DNA of 64,000 nucleotides, from the NCBI GenBank assembly GCA_008632985.1, contig QPGO01000047.1, forward strand, positions 186,001-250,000. The letters are read 5' to 3'. The notes below the pieces were generated by a model that saw only the letters and a program-made list of their open reading frames with translations, had not been told where the DNA came from and made no database searches. This DNA comes from Psammoneis japonica (taxonomy: Eukaryota). The position numbers were made by a program, and so were the translations under genes. Of the stretch, positions 37,301-47,749 are shown one piece after another. The stretch's first letter is position 1; each line of letters starts with the position of its first letter.

Positions 37301-38349
37301 CAATGCTCCCCACAAGCCTGGTCTGTCCAATTTTTTCCATTTTCTGTCCATGTGCAATTGCACGTGCCCTTGACAAAAAATCTTGCAGTTTGATTTCCAG
37401 ACTTGATTTGTTGCATTTTCAAAATTCTCAGCATTCTCACTGCCAACACCAATCAATCAAGTTGCCACAAAAACAAAAAACAAAAGCAATGGAACAAGAA
37501 CAAAACAAACTGCCAGAATTGCCATTTTGTTGACTCGACACCTGGGTGATCCTTTGAAGGATTCATGTTGTTGTCTGGCAATCACAAGGGCCAGCATGTT
37601 GCTTGTTGCACTGGTTCATCAATGTCTTGCTCACGTGCAAGTGTCAATTCAGGCCTTGTTTGCTGCCGGTGATGCTTCTTTTCAACTTGCAGCCCTGGAC
37701 AAAGATGGACACAAAAATCGGATCACACTTTTGGATCATGTGGCACATTGCATTCTTGATCTTCAAGCACAGCATCAGCAAGCAGAAAATGCACAAGAAG
37801 AGTTGCCATCCTTTTTTGCTTCAGCTCAACTCTTGGATCAGTGCATTGCCAAGAGCTGACAAAACAACAGCAACAGCAAGACAACAAGGACCAAGGTTGC
37901 ACCGCATCCTCCACACATTCTACAACGCAGCGATGCATGGTGCAGTGAGTCTCATTTGCATGCAGCAGTGTGTGTTGTGGTTCAACAATGAGCCTGTGTT
38001 GGCATCAGCCAATTGCAGACCAGCTGACAAATTGAGAAAAGATGCCAAGATCTTTGCATGCTTGCATCTTGTGGCTGTGTTGTCAAGGGTCAAAGCACGC
38101 CAGTGCAGTCAATGGTCAGAAGAGTCAAGGGGCAGGCATTGGGAGAAATGAAAAACTTTGGCAACAATGCCTCATCACAAATCTTTGAGCAACAGTTGCA
38201 GCAGCAAGCAGCAGTGCACGAATGATCCGGGTGCAGTTCATGATGCCTTTGATTTTGACCAAGAACCAGAGCACCCCAGAATTTGTGCCCTGAGTTGGAG
38301 GATTGACCCTGAACAGAGCTTGAGTGACTGACAGAGTCGAAGTGATGGG

Positions 38350-40600
38350 CAAATGCAGACAAGCTGCAAGGATGATTCATCTGATGAACCACAAAGCATT
38401 GACTGCACCATGTGCATGCCTGAGAATGTGCTTGCCATGGTGCAAGAAAGAGCAACCATTTGCTTGCTGTTTTGAAATGAGTCCACTGAACAGCAAACTC
38501 AGACAAGCAAGATTGAGCTGTCAGAGCTTGACGTCAAAGCCATCCCCACTTTGTTGGGTTGCATGCTGGTGCTTGGATGCATGTGTGATTCCTTGCATTG
38601 CTTGCTTGTGGTTTCATTGTGAGCAATCATGTTTTGTGTTGGTTTTCTGATCATGTGCGTGCCTCCCCCCATGCAGCTTCTGCACCAGACACCCCTGAGG
38701 ATTGCTGCAAGCCTCTGGGGCATGTGAGCTGCATGAAAACACAAGCAGGGACATGATGCAAATGAACATGGAATTAATTTGTGCACACAAGTTTTGAGGG
38801 AAATCTGTGCGCTGAATCTGAGTCACATTTGGTGCTGACTCAGTCATCTCACAGGGACATCACAGCTGGCTCACTGATGTTGAATGCAGTCTTGAGTCAG
38901 CTTCACAGTGCAGTGTCTCATGGGCCACAATGGCATGTGTGTTGCTTTGGCAGCAGTGCAAAGACAGGTGGGCACCATCTTCTGAACTGGGGTGGTGTCT
39001 GGAGCTGATCTTTGAAGAGGGAGTCCACGATCATCTCAAGCAAAGATGTGCTGCTCTCATGATGGCAATGCTGAACCGTGCATGACAAATCTGCATGCTT
39101 TGGAGCATGGTCTCTGCCACTTGTCAGATGTCTTTCCAGATGTCTGATGCAGATGGCTTTCACCTTGCATGTTGTGCACTTGTGGGCTGCTGTGATGAAT
39201 TGTGTGGGAGCATGCAAGAGCCCTTGTTGCTTCAAAGTTCTGCTTTGCAAACTCTGATGGACATTGGACAGACAATCCTGCAAATTTGATTGGCAGAGTG
39301 GCAAGGACCAGTCTTGGGTCATCACCCCCCACCAGGGTCTCACCTGTGAGTGCTGGCAGGAATTGGCACTTGATCATTTCTTCCACATTGGCAAAAGAGT
39401 CACCACAGGCTTGTGCCACACATTGAGCACATTGCCGCTTGTGTTGCAGAGACTTCTGCAGGCCAGTGCATGCTGTCTGGGGGTGGCCGATCACTGTCTC
39501 AGCAAGTCCCTGGATGACCGAGGTCCACTCCTTGGTTGTCTCTGCCATCCATTCATCAAAGGCTTCTACATTCTCCTGCAAAACCTCCCAGGAGGTGGCC
39601 ACCAGTTTCAGCGGTGAAGCTGAGGTCTCTAAAACATTTCCTTGCACTCTCCAGGTTGCATTCTGGGACAACAAGAATGTTCTTGGAGTTGTCAGCAGGG
39701 CAGCATTCATGCCTTGGCCCTGTGGCTTGCCGTGTCAGGAAGAAGTTCTGCAGGTCTCGTGAAATGTTCCTGCTGCAGTGGAGCCATTGGCGCGCCATTG
39801 CTGGCTGGTGGTGAGTTGTCAAGAAGTGTCCACGTGTTGACAACGTTGCCACTGCTTTCTGTTGAGGAACCTTGTGCATTGACGCTCATGCTGCACGTGT
39901 TGTTGCAGCTCCTTCTTTGCATCTTGCCATGCTTTGCCCCCACTTGCACACTGTCTTTCTGCAGCACTGCTCTTCTGTTGTGCAGAGGGTCTCTGTCTCA
40001 TCCCCTTGGGCCTTCCCTGAGATGAGCACCTGGAGACAAGAGCATTGATTCTGCAGCACAATGGCCACGGCAATCCAACAATGAGGCCAAGTCACAGACA
40101 CGGCATTGAGAAGAGTTCACATCAAACATGGTGACTTGGAGCCACATTGTCTGAAGCTCAACAAGCTCTCAAGAGCTTTGGTCTGTTGTCATGTGTTTTT
40201 GCCAGAGAGTTTGCACCACCCCAATGCCTCCACACAGTGATGTGGATTTGGAGGACAAACAATGCACAATGGCAGCTCTGAAGTTGTGGATTGTTCCTTT
40301 TGCCTGTGAGCAGGCAATTTGCAGTCTGAAAGCTTTTGTGGCTCGTTTGCTTTGTTTGTTGGCTGGCGCCACAACAATGGTGCCAGAAACTGTGCATTGC
40401 ACCACTCTGCAAATCCACTGCACTCTCAGTTTGTGGAGTGCAAAAATTTAACTGCATTTGCCTTGTTCCATCACAAGTGACGAAACTCATGAGCCATTTT
40501 GGCTCATTTTGACTGTTCAACCCAGTCAAACAACCTGCTGTGTGGCCCTGCCTGTGAGGAACTTGTTGCATTTCTCTGTTCAGCTCATCTCATCATTCTT
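38350..40600 (-). mobile_element. Decayed non-LTR retrotransposon (RT C-terminal region plus probable RLE endonuclease region)
   Basis: SKNILVVPECNLE...GGHLLGGFAG, PQTACTGLQKSLQH, FLPAL...LATLPIKFAGL, ILRGVW; many frameshifts. Confidence 0.7.
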
Positions 40601-41510
40601 TCACTGTGGACCAGTGGGGTTCTTGCTGCACTTTCTGTTTCTGCCATTTGTGGTGCTGTGTGGTGGAAATGTGCACAGGAGGATCTGGCTGGCACCACAA
40701 TTTCTTTAAAAAAGGTGTGCCACACAATGTGTTTCTGTGCTTGCCCACATTTCTGGCACATGATGGGCTTGACAAAAGACAATCAACATGAGCTCAGCAT
40801 CAACAGCAGCACACACTGGGATCCAGCGCACACCTGCTTTTGCATGGCCACATCCATGCTCACAACAAGCCATGTGCAGGGGTCATCATAATTCTGAAAA
40901 TGGAATTTTGAAGTGTTCATGCACAAAAGCATGTCACTCACACAAAAGTTGTCAGGCAAAGTGTCAATGGTTTCAGGGGAAAATGATTCCTTGAGGCCTC
41001 GGCCAAGCGGAGAAGCACGGCAGAAGCACGAGAAAAAAATCGGCCCAAACCCTGATTTTTGTGTTTTTTCTGCATAAATTTCTACATGATTTTTGTGCCA
41101 GTGCACATGGCTTGTGCCAATGCAACCAGAGACCAGTTTTTGTGAGCCTCCTTGTGCTGTCTCAGAGGCAGGTTGAGTGGAATGGCTGAGAGTGAGCGTG
41201 CAAACACTTCGCTGAAGCTCCTCTTTTTGTGCGACACTGTCTGAAATCTTGGCATGTCTTTTGTGCAACTTCTCACCTTTTTAGCTGGGCCTGAGTGGCT
41301 CCATCTGCTGGGTCATCATCTGGCTTCATTGGAGGTTCCAACTCAAGATCAGATGAGTGTGCCCTGAAGTCACCTGAGTCAGTGTGCTCCCATCCCCATG
41401 CAGCTGGCACACACAGTGCAGCACCGTAGTAGTTTCATCGCGGCGTCTGTCGTCCATACCGCGCCACAAAAGATGCCGGCAAGAGAGATAATAAGAGAAA
41501 ACGATGATGG

Positions 41511-42587
41511 ATGATGGCGCCGCGATCCGTTCCTGAATTGCTGCATTGCCTTTTCGGTTCTGTTCCTCTCTTGGTGTTGTCGTTACAAGCCAAACATATT
41601 TACAGTACAATCGGAAGAGGGAGTCATGTTTCCCGTGTGCGGTGTTTTGGTGCAACAAGAAGAAGAACATTGTCGGGAGGCAAGATGAACACATCGGTAT
41701 GCGACCACACGGAAAGACATGCGCTATCTGGATCCACCCATGTGGTGGTGGCTGGTGTTGGTCTTGGACTAGCAGCATTTCGAGTCACCAGTTGGTCGCT
41801 GGCTTTTAACAAGCTGAATTCTTCCAACAAGCAGAATACCACCCAATGTGAATCACCGACGAAAAGGCGACCAGTTCAATTCGGATTGTCCATTCAACAA
41901 AAGCGATCTTTCAGTGCCATCTCCAATCCTGGTGAGTCGCCAGCACAGCATAAAGACTGTCCCATTTGTCAAAAGTACAGTCAAGGTCCATGTGGAGAGC
42001 TCTTTACGCAATGGCTGAAATGCACAGACGATCACCCCGGTATGAGTAACGACAAGCCGGACGAAGAAGATCACATTGAAAAGTGTCTGCACTTGGCCAC
42101 ACCACTTGCGCAGTGTTTGAACAAGCATCAAGACTATTACGAATCGATAAATGTGTATGATCAGCAATACGAAGATGACACGGATGGTATAGATCCCAAC
42201 GAATTGCAAGAGGCGTGGGCAGAAATGATTCAAGAGCTCGAATCAAATCATACCCAGCCGACTCCATTCCCTTCTTCTGACATTTGTCCAAAACTAGAGA
42301 TTCGTCCAAGTGATGGAACAGGAATGGCAGCGTTTGCACTGGAGAGCAAGGAATGTCAACCGCTCGTCATGGCTTACATCAAAGATGACACGGGAAAGCT
42401 CTTGGCAGCAGGATCACAAGACGACCTTTGGGACTATGCCGTGGATGGAGAGTTGTGGGGCGTATTGAGGCTTCAGATATCACCGCAAACTCCGTCCAGA
42501 ACCGTTACAGCCTTTGCCCTGTATAGCACTAATGAAGAGAAAAGCGGCGATAGACTGTATTCGTACTCGCTACAGGTCAAATCATGA
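41511..42587 (+). CDS. Protein with a GCK/CHCH-like (twin Cx9C-like) domain; start uncertain
   Basis: CPICQKYSQGPCGELFTQWLKC...KCLHLATPLAQCLNKHQDYY. Confidence 0.7.
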   Translation: MMAPRSVPELLHCLFGSVPLLVLSLQAKHIYSTIGRGSHVSRVRCFGATRRRTLSGGKMNTSVCDHTERHALSGSTHVVVAGVGLGLAAFRVTSWSLAFNKLNSSNKQNTTQCESPTKRRPVQFGLSIQQKRSFSAISNPGESPAQHKDCPICQKYSQGPCGELFTQWLKCTDDHPGMSNDKPDEEDHIEKCLHLATPLAQCLNKHQDYYESINVYDQQYEDDTDGIDPNELQEAWAEMIQELESNHTQPTPFPSSDICPKLEIRPSDGTGMAAFALESKECQPLVMAYIKDDTGKLLAAGSQDDLWDYAVDGELWGVLRLQISPQTPSRTVTAFALYSTNEEKSGDRLYSYSLQVKS

Positions 42588-43328
42588 CTTGTTATTCAGT
42601 TGACGAAGGTATTCAGCATTATCTAGCGAGGTGATTCTTCACCTCAGAAAGAGGATATACGGAGCTTGGTATCGCCAGACAAATAAACTAATGTATTTCG
42701 AACCTTTCGTTTCTCTCTAGAGGGTATTTAGTAAAGGTACTTTAGAATTGGCTTTCTTCTGTTGCTCCGCCGCAGTTCGGTAGAACAAGTGAACACGACG
42801 AAGCCTTTGGGCGTATCGTAATGGTCCATCACATATCGACCACACGCCTTGGGGCATACCGTAACGAACCTCCAGTGTGGATCCTTCCTGAAAGAAAGAT
42901 AGAGATGCGGTACAAAAATAGAAACGACGACATCAAGGAACGCAACAACGACGCAAGCGCTACGACCGCCATCGTAGTCTATTGACGTACGTACGGAATA
43001 ACTTAAACGCAAGTTAAGATAGCTATTGTACTTTCAGTCTTTCTACATCTATTGGACAAGTTTCAAAGAGTGTTTCAAAAGATTGAGACACACCAATGTC
43101 AAAAGTCGATAGAAATTGGTTGTGTAGTCCCTTGCAAACCCTCTAGTTGATACTAAAGAGACTATCATTGCGCTAGAGTAGTAGTCATTCAAATATTTGA
43201 TAAATCCTCAGAAGAGCGTATCATTCTCTACAACATGTTTCTGCGCCTTGTATGTCTCATCGCGCAAAAGGGAATGGAATAGGTCGTCTACAAGCAATCA
43301 TTCTCAAAGTAAACGTCAACTAGGTAAC

Positions 43329-44225
43329 ATCTACACCATTTGTATTCGAGCGTCTCCCTTGCTGTCCGTATCGCTGCCTCGGCTGGTAGCACTACCATCA
43401 ACGCACTGTCCTTCTTCTTCCGGCCCAACCTAAGCGTCATCGGCAATGGCACAACTCGTATCCTTGTCTTCGTTCTGCACCATGGCCATTTCAATGTTCA
43501 TCTCTTCATTGTCCATTTAGTTATACTCATCATTGTCACCTCCGACAATGTATCCGCTCTCGGTGTATTCATCGAATTTCTTTCCCATGAAGCGGGCATT
43601 CCAATTCAACAAGGAGGCGACCGCCATGCCCACCAAGCTACCGTATGCAACCAAGGACGATGCAGAGTCAGAGAAGGTGTTCGTCACAACACTACCCATA
43701 ACATAAAGGTAAAGAAAAAATGTAAACATTTGAGGGATATAAATGTGAGTACCCTTCACCATATTCGAGGCGACAAGTATGCGACGAGCTTGCGCTTACC
43801 TTGCTTGCTTTTGCACGTGCACCAAAGATACTTTATCAATCCACGACTTTGCCTTGTACTTGACCGCGGCCGAGGTTGGTTGGTAGAGCATTTCTTTGGT
43901 GGGATTGTTTAGGGCATAGGAACAAGCCTTGATCATCATCATGGCTGCAAAGACAATGTAAAGGGTCGAATAAAGTCTGACAAAGACAATGGCAACCAGA
44001 GAGAGCGAGGGGAACAAGAGGAGTATCAAGTGCAATCCCAAATAACGAATGACCGCACTCATTCCCAACAAGCTCAAGAGGAAGGATAGCATGTTGGTGG
44101 CATGCCCGAAGAGTCCCATAAAATTGGTAAAGGCGGCGGTGGCGTCTTGCGACATGTCATGGTCTCCGGATTGTGGCAACTCATACCTTCACGACAATGA
44201 CAAAGATCGGCAAAGTAGTCTGTTC
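43329..44225 (-). pseudogene. 5'-truncated NTT/TLC-family (ATP/ADP transporter-like MFS) pseudogene
   Basis: [29 protein letters not shown]; an insertion breaks the following IFGAR motif; in-frame stops downstream; N-terminal half absent. Confidence 0.7.
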
Positions 44226-44382
44226 TTCGGTCACCCCATGCATGTGAATACAGATGTATATGGTAAACTGCAGCAACAGCATGCAGAGTGCACCAACAAG
44301 CGGTGCTCTGAAACAGGGATCGCACGCTTATTCTCCGTCTGAACGAAATGACTACCCATCTACACGATACATAAATCTCCCT

Positions 44383-44649
44383 TCATCCCGACTCCTTCTG
44401 ATAGGCGGCTCCCATTAGCGCCAACAACCCAACTTGAGGACCGTTACCATATACAATTGTAGCAGTGTGCTTTTGCAAGATGGGACCAAGACGTTGCACC
44501 CCCTCGGCAATGTTCTTTGTCTTGCGCTGTACCGACACCGAGAGTGGCTCTCCACGGTTTAGCAAGGCATTTTCACCGAGCACCACAACAATATGCTGCT
44601 TCTTATTCGTGTTGGCGGGATGGGAAGGAGACAAATGCATTTTCTTCAA
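44383..44649 (-). pseudogene. Truncated carbamate kinase copy (first about 88 codons)
   Basis: Near-identical to 685-942 but ALGGN>VLGEN, HGNG>YGNG, a 2-codon insertion and a stop at the duplication breakpoint. Confidence 0.9.
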
Positions 44650-45315
44650 CCTCCTGTTGTATTGCGCAATTCCTGGTCCTCTAGAGAGCCACTAATAAAA
44701 TCTCAACTTTCTTGGAACGCACTCGATTTCGATGTCCGACAGTCAGAAAAGAAAAACTTGCAGACTCCTTATCGAACGACAATTATTATGAGGTGCTTTC
44801 TTGAATCAATCGTGATGTTTGTGTTTTGCGAATGCTACTCTGACACGACCACCCATCATGCCATGCGCGTTATTTCTGCTGCGCGCGCCTCGAGCAGCGG
44901 CTCGTCCTCTCTCATCCGTGCACACCACCATGCGTTTGCATCGATGTTGTGTGAACTCTTTCGGCATGATGATGTTCGCATGCCAAGAAGGAAGAATGAA
45001 TCACGTTGTAAAGGAGATTGTTTGCGCAAGCGATGGTTGACTGACTCTCGAAGTAACGACGTGAATGCACATTCCCACTCGCGCGAGAGGCGAGAGCTCT
45101 GTGAGTGCAAAAACCATCAGAGAGGGACACGACGATCGTGTTTGGGTAATCGTGCTCCAAAGTTGCGACAATTGGCACGGCAAGTAAACGCAATGGCAGA
45201 AGCGAGTTGGCTGGCCGCTGCAAACTAGCAACCATGGATACCTTACCGTTCTCTTCAAGAAAGGATGCTTTGATCATATGTGATATGCAACCTGACATGC
45301 TACAGTCTATAACGC
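44386..45315. repeat. Arm 2 of the inverted duplication (partner 1-942; may extend beyond the window start)
   Basis: Direct sequence comparison. Confidence 0.95.
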
Positions 45316-47029
45316 CAGAAGGAAAGCGGCAAGCTCTGTTGGAACTGGTTCGGACGTGCGTTCAAGTAGCTCACGCTGCCCACTGGACAATCATATACAC
45401 TGGCTTGCAGTTCCCCGCCGGTTATGAGGGACTTGACTCAAATCATAAGATCTATGGAGGTTTGAAACGATTATACGAAAAACAAAGTCAGTGTCATGGT
45501 TTACAACAGGCAGCGCGTCGTCGGAAGTAGAATCAAGCTTGATTGTTGACGCGAGCAACGCGGTTACGATTTGGAGGCAAGGACATATGCCGCCCATGCA
45601 GAAAATTCTGGCGGCTTTGGAACAAGAGAACGTTACTCATGTTACTCTAGTGGGAATAAAGGCCTCGTTTTCGATTCAAATCACGTGTCAAATGCTGTGC
45701 GATGTGAGCGGTATCCAACAAGTGTCGGTCGTGCAAGAGTGTATCCAAGACGACAACGAAGATCGTTTAAACGCGGTCATGCAGCACGTCATTCCCCTGT
45801 ATGCGTCCGTCATTTCCATGGAAGAAATGATTGATTCTGCGGTAGGGCTTGAAAACTACTTCTACAACGAGAATGGCAGTGACAAGAGCGTCAAGTTCTG
45901 CTGCAGTGTGGGGCGGGGCGGACATGGGCCACTCTATATGAAACGTTTGCTGATGCAAGAAGACTGGTACGAGTACCCACAGCAAGAATGGTACAATAGC
46001 GCATCCATGATTTCGTCGCATGAAAGGCAGTACTATTGCCCGCTGGGTAAGCGTGTCATAGACCTGTGCGACGAACCGCAGTTTAGCAAAGTATCCACGT
46101 TCATCAAGGGAAGAGAATGGCTCGACGAAAAGGAAAAGGTGCACAGCCTTGCATATGATGCCATGCCACCGACATGGTTTCTAAATGAACATGGCAGCAT
46201 TGTTGAAAGCCAACTCGTGACAGAGGACACATCGGACAATGAGACGAACGGTCCTTTCTTTTTGAAGGAGTGTGACAAGAATGGCGGCCGTGCTGTAGAA
46301 TGCTTCTCTACCCTGTCGGAATGCCGAGCTGCAGCAGCCACGAGTCAATCACCAAGCATCAGAAAAGCATCGATTACACACGTCATTCAACAGCACGTTT
46401 TGAACCCCCGCCTTGTCGGAAACGGCCAAAAGTGTCATTTAAAGTTTTACAGTCTTTTGCTCCAGCAATCGAACGGGGAATGGGAGCTCTATACCAACCG
46501 TGATACCTACTTGTCGATTTCACCCAATTCGTGGAGTCCGCTTGATCTTTCGCCAGAAACTCAAGTCACGATTCAGCGTCACGAGCGACTACGACTATCG
46601 TGTAAACATGAGGTGAAGGGTTGGTCCTTGGAGAAATGTCAAGCAGTCCTCGCGAGCGTTGTGTCGAGAGCTATTGAGCAAGGCAAGCTCTGTGCTCGGA
46701 GGCAAACTGATACTTCCATGTGCAAACCGCAGTTTGAGATCTTTTCTGCCGATTTGATGATGGATGTCGACGACAAGGTCTGGTTGATTGAGTTCAACTT
46801 TTCTCCGGTGCTGTTTGATCCTGAAATCGATCAAGACCTGACCACCAAAGGTCTCCAGTCATACATGGAGCTATACAAGCGCCACGGAAAGGACGCCGTT
46901 GTAAATGATGGATCCATGATGAAGGACGCGCTTGCTTTGGCATTGAAACACGAACTGCCACGAAACACACTCTGGGAGGAAGTTGCGATACCAGCAACGA
47001 CGTCATTACATTCGTCCATCTTCGTCTAG
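45234..47029 (+). CDS. Isochorismatase-like domain fused to a tubulin-tyrosine-ligase-like ATP-grasp domain; 1-nt frameshift near 45480
   Basis: N-terminus: ALIICDMQPD, VTHVTLVGI, VVQECI. C-terminus: FFLKE...GGRAV, VIQQHVLNPRL...KCHLK, FEIFSADLMMD...WLIEFNFSP. Confidence 0.75.
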
Positions 47030-47749
47030 CTAGTGGAGCAGATCGACTTGCAAGTTCTCTACCATGATTGTCCGCTATTCTATCTGGTCGAAATCTGGGA
47101 TTGTCAAACGCAACACTGATGTAACCCCCGTAGTTTGCTTCTGAAAAAGACCTTGACATGTGATTGCTTTCGCAAATTTCCATTTCTGGCGAAGGCTGTA
47201 CAAGTATCTTTGAAACGGATATTCAAGTCAAACGAGTGTCCGATGTGAGTTAGTACTAAAAGGCTGCGAGTGTTGCTGTTCTTGAGTCCGCTCCGAAGTG
47301 CGTCATCTCTGACTCATTATTTTCAATCTTCAGACACTGGGCGTGTGAGTGTGACATTGAGTGGAGCCAATCACCTTGCTTTATTGTACACATTTTCACG
47401 TCCTTGTTGGCAAGGTTGGATGTCAATGTCGATTCTCTTGGCACCCCACGGCTGAACGACTTTGTTCCTGATGAATGGCCTCGTCTCTGTTCCGGCTCCT
47501 CTTTCCAAAGATTTTGATGCCAAGAAGATTAGAGATCAATTCGAAGAACTTGGAGATGATCTAAACTGTGACATTGGACTAGAAGATGTTCACGATGAAG
47601 CTGATCCTTGTGTATTTTCTGCTCCATAATTCCTTGGTCTTTGTTTTTGATAACTAGTTGTAGAGGGTGGTTATGTGCAGTGTTACACTGTTGTTCTTAT
47701 GGTTGAGATAGAGCCTGTTGCTAACAAGAGAGAAAGTCCGGGGGGAACT

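Larger units (their letters stand above)
20670..41420. other. TpA-depleted tract 2 (about 20.7 kb); core 25.7-41.3 kb also CpG-depleted; mosaic of decayed gene and TE fragments
   Basis: Roughly 30 TAs seen by eye in 25.7-41.3 kb; TG/CA excess; dense spurious Cys/His-rich ORFs in all six frames. Confidence 0.95.

Noticed and set aside
25400..41300. Hundreds of overlapping Cys/His-rich ORFs suggesting metal-binding or novel small proteins
   Set aside because: Expected by-product of TA loss: TAA/TAG stops and Tyr codons vanish while TGY/CAY codons rise in all six frames
20670..41420. Alternative genetic code or integrated foreign (viral) genome
   Set aside because: The depletion is independent of frame and strand, affects non-coding flanks, and the content is decayed copies of host genes
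20670..41420. Classical fungal RIP or simple CpG decay as the sole cause
   Set aside because: RIP would enrich TA, and CpG decay cannot explain the TA>TG/CA changes seen in the paralog alignment
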